Positions 11,618 to 19,662 of a stretch of 30,333 bases of DNA are shown here, piece by piece. Positions within the stretch are counted from its first letter, which is position 1. Each line of letters starts with the position of its first letter. The position numbers and the translations under genes are program-made. The notes under the pieces were generated by a model that made no database searches, was not told the origin of the DNA, and saw only the letters and a list, made by a program, of their open reading frames with translations. This DNA is from a virus (Duplodnaviria > Caudoviricetes), in IMG/VR virus record IMGVR_UViG_3300027892_001695, positions 1-30,333 of that record. The stretch is one strand, 5' to 3'.

Positions 11618-12805
11618 ATGGACAAACCTACCTACATTGAAGATATTTTTCTAGAATTCCACAATAGGCTGGTTAGTGTCACAACAGTGTCACAACAAGA
11701 TATATTAGCAAGTGCAAGTTTTTATAATTTAATTAGTGCGGGAAACAATGTAACTGAATCTCAAAGCCGGTTTATGTTAAAATTGTTAGAAAAATACAAA
11801 ACATATGTCAGTTCGCTGGAATTTAATTACAAAGAAAATTTAGTTAAGCCTGAATGGCGGCAACCTTTTCGGATTCTCGATGACACAAAAAAGATTTATA
11901 TAGAAATTGATAATGCTGGAAAACAGTGGATCTGTCTCAAGCATCCGTTTGCATTAAAAGACAAATTTAACAAGGAAGTTCAACCATCACTAACTGATGA
12001 TCGTTCATTCTGGGACCCAGAACAACGAGTTCGTAAATTTTCCATATACGATATTAATCTAATATTACTGCAAAAATTTATTTCAGATAACGGATTTATT
12101 ATTGATAACACGTTCTTGGATTATGCTGCTACTGTGGAAGAAATTTGGCAAGAATCTGTGAATTTTTTACCCTACTGCATGGTTTCTGATAACGAAGTTG
12201 TTTTAAAAAACTCAAACGAGTCTACACAAACATACTTTGAAAAAAATAAAAAAGAAAATATCTTTGATAATTTACTATTAGCAAAAAATCTTGGGTTCAG
12301 ATTAGAAAAAATCACAAAACCTGAAAATTTGGTGGAAAAAATCGCCTCTGAACATGCAACGAAATTTTGGTTGAAAGATATTGAAAAATTTTTTACTATC
12401 TATAAAAACATATCAGGGGTGGTTTGTGTTATTGTCGATGACAATGCTGATCCACAAGCATGGATTGAAAAGTTTATCGATACTTCGAAGAAAAATGATG
12501 TAAACTCTGAAGAAATCCGAGTTTGTTTTAGAACACGAAACGATGAAAATCCCAAATTCAATGATTGGATTAAAAATAATAATCTGGGCGGACCAATCGA
12601 TAATGCACGGCTACTAATTTTTAAAAATAAACCCCCTAAGTGGTTGTTTAAAGATAAGATAGATGTTAAAATTATAGTTGTGAATAAGCCGTTTCCACCT
12701 AGTAGCATAATTACGCAATCGTGGATTAGTAATCATCCTTGTGTAATTTATCTAGACAAACTGAGGCCATCTATCACTAAGGAAAAAAATATTGTCGACT
12801 TGTAA
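11618..12805 (+). CDS. Hypothetical ~395-aa protein heading the uvsW operon
   Basis: Long intact ORF overlapping the uvsW start; ATG 11618 lies just downstream of the promoter; no catalytic motif recognised. Confidence 0.7.
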   Translation: MDKPTYIEDIFLEFHNRLVSVTTVSQQDILASASFYNLISAGNNVTESQSRFMLKLLEKYKTYVSSLEFNYKENLVKPEWRQPFRILDDTKKIYIEIDNAGKQWICLKHPFALKDKFNKEVQPSLTDDRSFWDPEQRVRKFSIYDINLILLQKFISDNGFIIDNTFLDYAATVEEIWQESVNFLPYCMVSDNEVVLKNSNESTQTYFEKNKKENIFDNLLLAKNLGFRLEKITKPENLVEKIASEHATKFWLKDIEKFFTIYKNISGVVCVIVDDNADPQAWIEKFIDTSKKNDVNSEEIRVCFRTRNDENPKFNDWIKNNNLGGPIDNARLLIFKNKPPKWLFKDKIDVKIIVVNKPFPPSSIITQSWISNHPCVIYLDKLRPSITKEKNIVDL

Positions 12806-14246
12806 ACTTACAATTAGAGATGAAGTAAACATTAAGATTGATGGGCTTAGTGTAGAAATACGGCGCAAGATTGTTAACAAATTAAAGTTCGATCTGCCAT
12901 ATGCAAGACATATGCCAGCATATAAATTAGGCCGATGGGATGGAACTAAAACTTATTTTGGTATTGGTGGTACTGGTTATCTTGCACACTTGGATGTCAT
13001 ATTACCCATCATAGAAGATGCAGGATATGAAATTGATGTGGAAGATTTACGCAATCATAATACATTTACATTTACTAACGTTACAGAAAACTATTGGTCG
13101 GATCAAGGAAAGACTTGGCCTAAAGGGCATCCTCAAGCAGGTCAGCCTATCATACTGCGTGATTACCAGTATGATGTTGTTAACAAGTTTTTAGAAAATC
13201 CTCAAGCATTACAGGAGGTAGCTACAGGTGCCGGCAAAACAATTACTACTGCTACGCTTAGTCATCTTTGTGAGCCTTATGGCCGTACAATGGTTATTGT
13301 TCCTAACAAATCACTAGTTGTACAAACTGAAGAAGATTATAAAAATCTTGGACTTGATGTTGGAGTATACTTTGGTGATCGCAAAGAATTAGGCAAGACC
13401 CATACCATTTGTACTTGGCAAAGTCTTAACGTATTAGACAAGAAAAGTTATGACACAGATGCGCTATCTTTAGCAGAATTTACTGAGGGTGTAACCGCCA
13501 TAATCATTGATGAAGTGCATCAAGCTAAAGCCGAAGTGCTAACAAAATTGCTAACAATCAACTTTAGAAACTGTGCGATTCGTTGGGGACTTACCGGAAC
13601 AGTACCTAAAGAAGCATTTGAATTTCAAGGTATTTTAGCCAGTATTGGTCCGGTAATTAATCAAGTGTCAGCACACGATTTACAGGAAAAAGGTGTTCTT
13701 GCACAACTGAATATTAATGTATTACAGACAAATGAGGTTCAAGTTTTTAGAAGCTTCCAAGACGAATACTCATTTTTAGTAACAGACGATGATCGACTAA
13801 CTTGGATTGCAAACAAAATTAAAACATTATCACTAAGTGGAAATACTCTAGTATTAATTAATAGAATTGATACCGGCAATAAATTAATAGAACGATTGCC
13901 CGAGGCTGTATTCGTTAGTGGCGGAATGAAACTAGACGATAGGAAAGAAGAGTATGATGAAATTAAAACTAGTGATGACAAGATTATTGTGGCGACTTAC
14001 GGTGTGGCCGCTGTGGGTATTAATATCCCTAGGATTTTTAATCTGGTTCTTCTTGAGCCCGGAAAGAGCTTTGTCAGAGTTATACAGAGTATTGGGCGAG
14101 GTATTAGAAAAGCAGAAGACAAGGATCATGTAGAGATCTGGGACATAACTAGTGCCTGCAAATATAGCAAGCGGCATCTAACAGAGCGCAAAAAGTTTTA
14201 CAAGGATGCAAAGTATCCCTTTACAGTAACCAAGGTAACCATATGA
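12792..14246 (+). CDS. uvsW: UvsW-like superfamily 2 DNA helicase
   Basis: YKLGRWDG N-terminal motif, LRDYQ Q-motif, ATGAGKT (Walker A), DEVH, GLTGT, GINIP and QSIGRGIR. TTG start with AAGGA upstream. Confidence 0.9.
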   Translation: MSTCKLTIRDEVNIKIDGLSVEIRRKIVNKLKFDLPYARHMPAYKLGRWDGTKTYFGIGGTGYLAHLDVILPIIEDAGYEIDVEDLRNHNTFTFTNVTENYWSDQGKTWPKGHPQAGQPIILRDYQYDVVNKFLENPQALQEVATGAGKTITTATLSHLCEPYGRTMVIVPNKSLVVQTEEDYKNLGLDVGVYFGDRKELGKTHTICTWQSLNVLDKKSYDTDALSLAEFTEGVTAIIIDEVHQAKAEVLTKLLTINFRNCAIRWGLTGTVPKEAFEFQGILASIGPVINQVSAHDLQEKGVLAQLNINVLQTNEVQVFRSFQDEYSFLVTDDDRLTWIANKIKTLSLSGNTLVLINRIDTGNKLIERLPEAVFVSGGMKLDDRKEEYDEIKTSDDKIIVATYGVAAVGINIPRIFNLVLLEPGKSFVRVIQSIGRGIRKAEDKDHVEIWDITSACKYSKRHLTERKKFYKDAKYPFTVTKVTI

Positions 14247-14749
14247 GAATTTTAACACTGAACAATAGATCTTTTGATCTAAACGAATTACCGGATGAGG
14301 TAGATGAAGATACACGATTTAGTGTGTTAGATAATTCAAATCCTAATGAACCAGATTTTTTCTTTATGCCGCTAATTTTTCTTGAATCATTTAATAGTCC
14401 TGCTATTTTATTAAATGTTGGAGGCTATGCAGTCCAAATGCCTTTAGACTGGTGTATGGTAGTTGGTGACAAAGATTGCGGGCTCGATCCAGAAGTTTTA
14501 CCATTAACTAGTATTAACGAACGTGGATTTGATGCAATGTGTTTTAATCCTATTAACGGATTTAAAGTTGAATTTCGACCAATTGAAATTGTAAATATCT
14601 ATCAAGACGTTCGTTGGTATTTTCCAAAGATGAAAAATGGCCAACTACTAACAGTGCCTTTACACGACGGCGATAGCCCTCCGTGTGTTTACTTTGTTAA
14701 AGAAGTATCAAGACAATGTGAAGTAATTCAATTAGATAAAATATTATAA
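14243..14749 (+). CDS. Hypothetical protein with Hint (intein)-fold-like pattern, no splicing residues
   Basis: ATGA-coupled to uvsW; beta-rich pattern resembling Hint blocks (see findings). Confidence 0.55.
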   Translation: MRILTLNNRSFDLNELPDEVDEDTRFSVLDNSNPNEPDFFFMPLIFLESFNSPAILLNVGGYAVQMPLDWCMVVGDKDCGLDPEVLPLTSINERGFDAMCFNPINGFKVEFRPIEIVNIYQDVRWYFPKMKNGQLLTVPLHDGDSPPCVYFVKEVSRQCEVIQLDKIL

Positions 14750-14757
14750 GGACTAAT

Positions 14758-15114
14758 ATGAAAGCAGGAAAAGTATGGGGACAGACTGAATTGCTAGAAG
14801 CTAATGGTGTACTAGAATTTCACCGCATTGAAGCCAAGGCCGGCGGAGTGTGTTCCAAGCACAAACACAAGTTTAAATGGAACGGATTTTTTGTTGAATC
14901 AGGTGAAATGATTATTCGAGTATGGAAGAATAATTATGATCTAGTAGACGAAACCTTGTTAAAGGCAGGTGATTATACCAAAGTTGCACCCGGAGAGTAT
15001 CATCAGTTCGAAGCGGTTACCGATTGTGTTGCCTTTGAATTGTATTGGGCAGAATTTGACCATAACGACATTGAACGCGAAACAGTTGGACATGCAAAGA
15101 ATGGGAAACCTTAA
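14758..15114 (+). CDS. Cupin-fold protein (sugar isomerase-like)
   Basis: KVWG, CSKHKH..KWNGFFVESG (cupin motif 1) and VAPGEYHQFEA (motif 2); AAGGA SD. Confidence 0.8.
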   Translation: MKAGKVWGQTELLEANGVLEFHRIEAKAGGVCSKHKHKFKWNGFFVESGEMIIRVWKNNYDLVDETLLKAGDYTKVAPGEYHQFEAVTDCVAFELYWAEFDHNDIERETVGHAKNGKP

Positions 15115-15400
15115 ACCAGGAGCATCTTACGTGTACGAGCGAGAGCAAGGCACCGTGTATGCTCATGAAACGGGAACTGATCCTAGTACTAGACAACCAA
15201 TTGGGTGGAATTACGATCCTGGAGAATCGCCCCGATTCGATGCTCGAACGGATGACAGAAGACCGTTGCACGAACACATAATGGAAAACAAGTTATGGGG
15301 TGATATTCGACAAGCTGCAAAAACAAATATCACTTTACAAGATGCCCTAGAACGTGTTAAAATATTGTATCACTTGAGCAAAGAAAATGGGACAAAATAA
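15101..15400 (+). CDS. Hypothetical protein (99 aa)
   Basis: ATG 15101 (MGNLKPG) avoids the long overlap with the cupin gene that the 14969 start would need. Confidence 0.6.
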   Translation: MGNLKPGASYVYEREQGTVYAHETGTDPSTRQPIGWNYDPGESPRFDARTDDRRPLHEHIMENKLWGDIRQAAKTNITLQDALERVKILYHLSKENGTK

Positions 15401-15866
15401 ACACGTAGACCTTTTTAAGGATATGATTCCGGCAGTAGACTTGGGTCTTATGGACCTATGGGATGCTGTTACTGAGGAAGGTCGAAAAGAAATTAAAGGC
15501 GACTTTTGGAATCTTAATCGTTACATCAGTAATGTTAAATCTAATAATAAAGAGTTGCAAGAACACTTCCTGTTAACTACAAACGAATTTTATAACAAGC
15601 ACTGGAATGACATTCAAAAACATCCCAAGTTAGTTTGGCAAACTTTATGTATGTGTAGTCATGAAAGTAAAAAAACTCAATTTCACGAATGGATTCCTTT
15701 AAAGAAACAAAAGAATAAAAAGGTTGAATTTTTGTCGGAACTATTTCCTAATATGAAAATAGCAGATGTTGAAACATTAGCTACTGTAACTACTGACAAA
15801 GAAATTAAGGAATACTGTGCGACACTTGGTTGGGATAAAAAGCAAGTCAATGCAATTAAATTTTAA
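15387..15866 (+). CDS. Probable clamp-loader small subunit (T4 gp62-like)
   Basis: FWNLNRYIS...TNEFYN...FHEWI..KK followed by a short helical C-terminus resembles the gp62 pattern; located in the replication block. Confidence 0.5.
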   Translation: MGQNKHVDLFKDMIPAVDLGLMDLWDAVTEEGRKEIKGDFWNLNRYISNVKSNNKELQEHFLLTTNEFYNKHWNDIQKHPKLVWQTLCMCSHESKKTQFHEWIPLKKQKNKKVEFLSELFPNMKIADVETLATVTTDKEIKEYCATLGWDKKQVNAIKF

Positions 15867-16533
15867 ATGCGAACATTGTGAAAAATTATTTGCTAAAGAA
15901 AAAACTTTAGTAGTTCACATCTGCGAACAAAAACGTAGACATTTAAGCAAAAATGAAAAGCATGTTCAAATGGGGCTGTTAACTTTCCAGCGGTTTTATG
16001 AGCTCACACAAAAAGCAAAGCAACCAAAAACTTTTGAGGAATTTGCATCAAGTAGTTTTTATACAGCGTTTGTTAAGTTTGGTAGCTTCATGGTTAATAC
16101 CGCTCCGATCTATCCAGAAAGATTTATTGACTTTGTTGTTAAGAGTGGAGTTAAATTAGATCACTGGTGCAGAGACGAGTTATACGACAAATACATCAGC
16201 GAACTAATTAAAATAGAACCTGCAGATGGCGCTGTACAACGAACGATCCAGTCTATGATGAATTGGGCAGATAACAACTCTGCACCGTGGGAACACTATT
16301 TTGCTTATGTTAATTTAAACAGAGCTACACACGATATTAAAGAAGGTTTAATAAGTCCTTGGATCTTGTTAAATACCAAAGCAGGAAAAGAAATGCTTCA
16401 GCGCATGAATGACGAACAATTAGAAATTGTTGGTCCGGTAATTGACCCACAATTCTGGATGCGTAGATTTAAATCTTTACCGGCAGATATTGAACTTATT
16501 AAAGACGTCATCAAGGAGGCGAAAATATTATAA
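15850..16533 (+). CDS. Hypothetical protein with N-terminal C2HC zinc finger
   Basis: FKCEHCEKLFAKEKTLVVHICE (C-x2-C-x3-F-x5-L-x2-H-x-C); ATG at 15850. Confidence 0.65.
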   Translation: MQLNFKCEHCEKLFAKEKTLVVHICEQKRRHLSKNEKHVQMGLLTFQRFYELTQKAKQPKTFEEFASSSFYTAFVKFGSFMVNTAPIYPERFIDFVVKSGVKLDHWCRDELYDKYISELIKIEPADGAVQRTIQSMMNWADNNSAPWEHYFAYVNLNRATHDIKEGLISPWILLNTKAGKEMLQRMNDEQLEIVGPVIDPQFWMRRFKSLPADIELIKDVIKEAKIL

Positions 16534-16757
16534 TGGCCAAACGACCAGATCCTGAGATTCAAGAAGAAGAATTAAAAGACAACGAAGAATTTATTTCTAG
16601 AGATGACATTGATATTGAAGTAGTAGTTGCAGAAGATACTAACGATGTATATGTAAAATTTTCTGGTTTTGATGATGATGAAGATGCAGCAGAATATGCA
16701 GAATTTTTAGCAGAAACATTGCCATTACTGTTATTTGAAACTACGAGGTTACAATAA
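16533..16757 (+). CDS. Small highly acidic protein
   Basis: 74 aa with 24 D/E against 6 K/R; TAATG overlaps at both ends. Confidence 0.65.
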   Translation: MAKRPDPEIQEEELKDNEEFISRDDIDIEVVVAEDTNDVYVKFSGFDDDEDAAEYAEFLAETLPLLLFETTRLQ

Positions 16758-17332
16758 TGCCAGACATCGATATTGACTTTGTTGATAGAGAAGCCGCACT
16801 TAAATTATTTAAATATACAACTGCAAGTCGTCTTGAAAATAATAATCTAGTGAAACACAATACCGGAGTCTATCTACACGATGTTCCAGTAGATCCGATC
16901 ACTGGATTATGTTCTATCCCATATGACCAAGCAGAGGATAAGTTTTTTAAAATAGACTTTCTTAATGTTGGGATTTATAAAGGTGTTCGAGATGAGGCAC
17001 ACTTAACACAACTAATGGGGACTGAACCACTATGGGATCTACTAGAACAAGACGACTTTAGCAACTTGCTATTTCATGTGAATGGACATGGGTCTATCTT
17101 AAAACAAACAAAGCCGCAGAGTGTGGAACAATTAGCGGCAGTACTTGCAATGATTCGTCCCGCCAAGCGTTACTTGATAGGAAAAGGATGGAACGAAATC
17201 AATTCAGAGGTGTGGGTAAAGCCTATAAACGATGACTATTTCTTTAAGAAAAGTCATGCTACTGCATATGCTGTAGCCATTGTAGTACAAATGAATTTAA
17301 TTTGCGAAAATATTAGTTATGGGTTTAGTTAA
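16757..17332 (+). CDS. Miniature DnaE-like (C-family) DNA polymerase catalytic core, probably one part of a split enzyme
   Basis: PDIDIDF, KHNTGVY, FKIDFLNV, AMIRP and FKKSHATAYA match the DnaE motifs PDxDxDF, HAGGV, KxDFLGL, ALxRPG and FNKSHxxAY in the same order. Confidence 0.82.
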   Translation: MPDIDIDFVDREAALKLFKYTTASRLENNNLVKHNTGVYLHDVPVDPITGLCSIPYDQAEDKFFKIDFLNVGIYKGVRDEAHLTQLMGTEPLWDLLEQDDFSNLLFHVNGHGSILKQTKPQSVEQLAAVLAMIRPAKRYLIGKGWNEINSEVWVKPINDDYFFKKSHATAYAVAIVVQMNLICENISYGFS

Positions 17333-17700
17333 GTTGCTTTTCTAACTAGCGTAATAGATTTTCGTTTAATTCTTTTTGTTATAATATCATTTAAACTTGT
17401 GCATGGGCCTAATACAAGTCTAACATCTTTAGTTGAAAAATTCTTAATTGCGTATCTAAACTCAAAAATTTCTCTAGATAAAAATATATTAATGGGGATT
17501 TGCCTATTTGATTCCCACCACCAAGCTTCTCCTAATTCTAAAAACTTGGCTTTTTCTGGATCTGTTTTAATAGAAGCATAATCATAAAGGCTAGTTATTG
17601 CGGCATCTTGATTGATGATAATACCCACGTATTCTTGGCTAACGTGAGTGATAACGCTAATAAACGGAAAATTTTCTTGTAGGTTTTCTGTAATTCTCAT
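17329..17700 (-). CDS. Hypothetical protein (123 aa)
   Basis: ATG 17700 (MRITEN) avoids overlap with the divergent gene; FPFIS..EYVGII and WWWESNRQIPINIFL look like conserved blocks. Confidence 0.65.
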   Translation of the reverse strand: MRITENLQENFPFISVITHVSQEYVGIIINQDAAITSLYDYASIKTDPEKAKFLELGEAWWWESNRQIPINIFLSREIFEFRYAIKNFSTKDVRLVLGPCTSLNDIITKRIKRKSITLVRKAT

Positions 17701-17729
17701 ACTAAATATATTAAAGGGTCGACAAATGT

Positions 17730-18524
17730 ATGCAACTAATTCCAGTTTATTTATATCCAAACAAGGTCGACGTCTACACAAATGTCCCTGGGACATGGAC
17801 CACGGAGAGGTATCGAAAAGTGTATAATCGAACTGTAAAGCTGTTTCGTGGTGCCGATAACCGTGTTGATATTCAGATAAGAAACTCTGACGAAAAAGCA
17901 TTAAATGTAACCGGCTCCACAGTATCATTTAGCCTTATTAGGTACAGCAACCAAAGTTTAGTGGTTACAAAAACTTGCACACCTATTGATATAACCAAAG
18001 GTAGATTTTACGTAACTATTACCGAACAAGAACTGTATGATATCAACAATGGGTTTTATCAATACTCGGTCTACAAAGAAACTCCAACAGGAGTAAAAAC
18101 TCCATTATATATTGATAGTCAGTATGGTGCTGTAGCTAACATCGAAGTTGTAGGCGACATAAAAGGTAATTTGCAACCGAGCCTTGATATAATCGAGTTT
18201 GCTGAATATAACCCCGGTGTGTTTGGAGAAATTGGTAATATATTTTTTACTAGCAGTCTAATAGATACAAATTATGAATCAGAAGTTAGTAACAGTACAC
18301 ATACATTTGCGTTTTATTCAACAGGATATACTGGATCGGTAAAAATACAAGCAAGTTTAGACGAAAGTGCTGCACCTAATAATTGGACAACAATTACTAC
18401 AATTTCGATCAATAATGACCCGTTAATGTATTCAAACGTTACCGGCAAATGGAAATGGTTTCGAATTGTGCATACTCCGGTAACTAATTCTACCGGAAAG
18501 TTTGACAAAATAACGTATAGATAG
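17730..18524 (+). CDS. Putative virion structural protein (beta-sandwich, BppU-N-like)
   Basis: Thr/Ser/Tyr/Val-rich beta pattern (RGADNRVDIQIRNSD..LNVTG..F...KGRFYVTI...GFYQYSV); TAAATA at 17703-17708 upstream. Confidence 0.45.
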   Translation: MQLIPVYLYPNKVDVYTNVPGTWTTERYRKVYNRTVKLFRGADNRVDIQIRNSDEKALNVTGSTVSFSLIRYSNQSLVVTKTCTPIDITKGRFYVTITEQELYDINNGFYQYSVYKETPTGVKTPLYIDSQYGAVANIEVVGDIKGNLQPSLDIIEFAEYNPGVFGEIGNIFFTSSLIDTNYESEVSNSTHTFAFYSTGYTGSVKIQASLDESAAPNNWTTITTISINNDPLMYSNVTGKWKWFRIVHTPVTNSTGKFDKITYR

Positions 18525-18530
18525 TATACT
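18502..18530 (+). promoter_or_regulatory. sigma70-type promoter for the primase gene
   Basis: TTGACA (18502-18507), 17 nt, TATACT (18525-18530); ATG at 18537. Confidence 0.8.
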
Positions 18531-18536
18531 AGTGCT

Positions 18537-19553
18537 ATGGCCCTAGTCGTAGACACTTTTCGTAAACTAATACCTCCCCGTGCTAAGTCGAGCCCTAGCG
18601 GATGGATCAGTTTTAATGCCCCATGTTGCAGTCATCGTGGACATAGTTCAGATACTCGTAAACGTGGCGGGCTTATGGTTGGCGATTCAATTGTATTCAA
18701 TTGCTTTAATTGTAAATTTTCTACAGGGTGGAAGCCTGGGTCGTCACTAACTACTAAATTTAAAAATTTGTGTAAGTGGTTAGGAGCATCAGACGACGAT
18801 ATCAAGCACATGATATTCGATGCTATGAAAACCGAATCCGTTGACTATGTGCCTACAGAATCAAAAGAACTTGTAATATTCACGAAAAAAGAATTGCCGC
18901 CAGGCTCATTGCCTATTAAAGAATGGGCTAATCGATCATCATCATTATTAACTGAACTAGGTCCAGTATTAGAATATCTTGTTGATAGAGGGTTTGATCC
19001 AGCTGCCAATAATTTTTATTGGAGTCCTGAACCAGGATATTCTGATAGAGTTATCATTCCGTTTTTCTATAACGGAGAAATTGTTGGCAATACTGCAAGA
19101 AAAGTTCGTAACGGCAAACCAAAATATTTGTCAGATCAACATCCGTTTTTTGTGTTCAATGTTGACGAGCAAACAGAAGAAAAAAAATATGTATTTGTTT
19201 GTGAAGGCCCGTTTGATGCATTATCAATCGGAGGTGTTGCACTTCTCACTAATGAAATCTCTTCGCAGCAGGCCCGCATAATTAATAATATAGGATGTGA
19301 AGTTATTGTGATCCCAGATCAAGATATTCCAGGACTGGTATTGATTGATCAAGCAAAAGAATTAGGATGGAAGGTAGCATTCCCCACGTGGGACAATGAT
19401 ACTAAAGATTGTGCAGATGCTGTACAAAAATATGGAAAATTATTTGTTATTGTGGATGCTATAAAAACAGCCACTAACAATCCTGCTAAAATAGAAATTG
19501 AAAAAAGAAAACTTCGAGATAAGTTTGAATATATGGAGAATCAACATGGTTAA
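18537..19553 (+). CDS. DNA primase (T4 gp61/DnaG-like)
   Basis: N-terminal Zn-binding region (APCC...FNCFNC), RVIIPF..G.IVG.TAR, PKYL, TOPRIM VCEGPFDA and DQD, terminal KD..D. Confidence 0.9.
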   Translation: MALVVDTFRKLIPPRAKSSPSGWISFNAPCCSHRGHSSDTRKRGGLMVGDSIVFNCFNCKFSTGWKPGSSLTTKFKNLCKWLGASDDDIKHMIFDAMKTESVDYVPTESKELVIFTKKELPPGSLPIKEWANRSSSLLTELGPVLEYLVDRGFDPAANNFYWSPEPGYSDRVIIPFFYNGEIVGNTARKVRNGKPKYLSDQHPFFVFNVDEQTEEKKYVFVCEGPFDALSIGGVALLTNEISSQQARIINNIGCEVIVIPDQDIPGLVLIDQAKELGWKVAFPTWDNDTKDCADAVQKYGKLFVIVDAIKTATNNPAKIEIEKRKLRDKFEYMENQHG

Positions 19554-19662
19554 AAAAATACTAAATTTTATTTTATATCCCTGGCACAAGTATCAAGAAC
19601 ACAAGGCGTGGAAAAAACGTTTAGAAGAATTACGTAAACGTGATCCATTTATCTACAAATGA
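19546..19662 (+). CDS. 38-aa peptide MVKKILNFILYPWHKYQEHKAWKKRLEELRKRDPFIYK (absent from the ORF track)
   Basis: GGAG SD at 19535-19538, ATG 19546; exactly fills the primase-carbamoyltransferase gap and ends in an ATGA overlap. Confidence 0.7.
   Translation: MVKKILNFILYPWHKYQEHKAWKKRLEELRKRDPFIYK

Noticed and set aside
14243-14749. Active intein or homing endonuclease
   Set aside because: No N-terminal Cys/Ser nucleophile, TxxH, terminal HN or LAGLIDADG/HNH motif.
16757-17332. Mini-DnaE as a decayed pseudogene or intron/intein-split fragment
   Set aside because: The deletions are internal and in frame, catalytic motifs are intact, the start is translationally coupled, and no flanking dnaE remnants or intein ends are visible. 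It cannot be fully excluded without homologues.
17701-17928. N-terminal extension of the 17329..17928 ORF
   Set aside because: It would overlap the divergent 17730 gene by ~200 nt; ATG 17700 is more plausible. Similar over-long starts were trimmed at 1260, 9315, 10726, 11603, 14969, 15817, 20593, 27693, 28882, 29712, 30020 and 30216.
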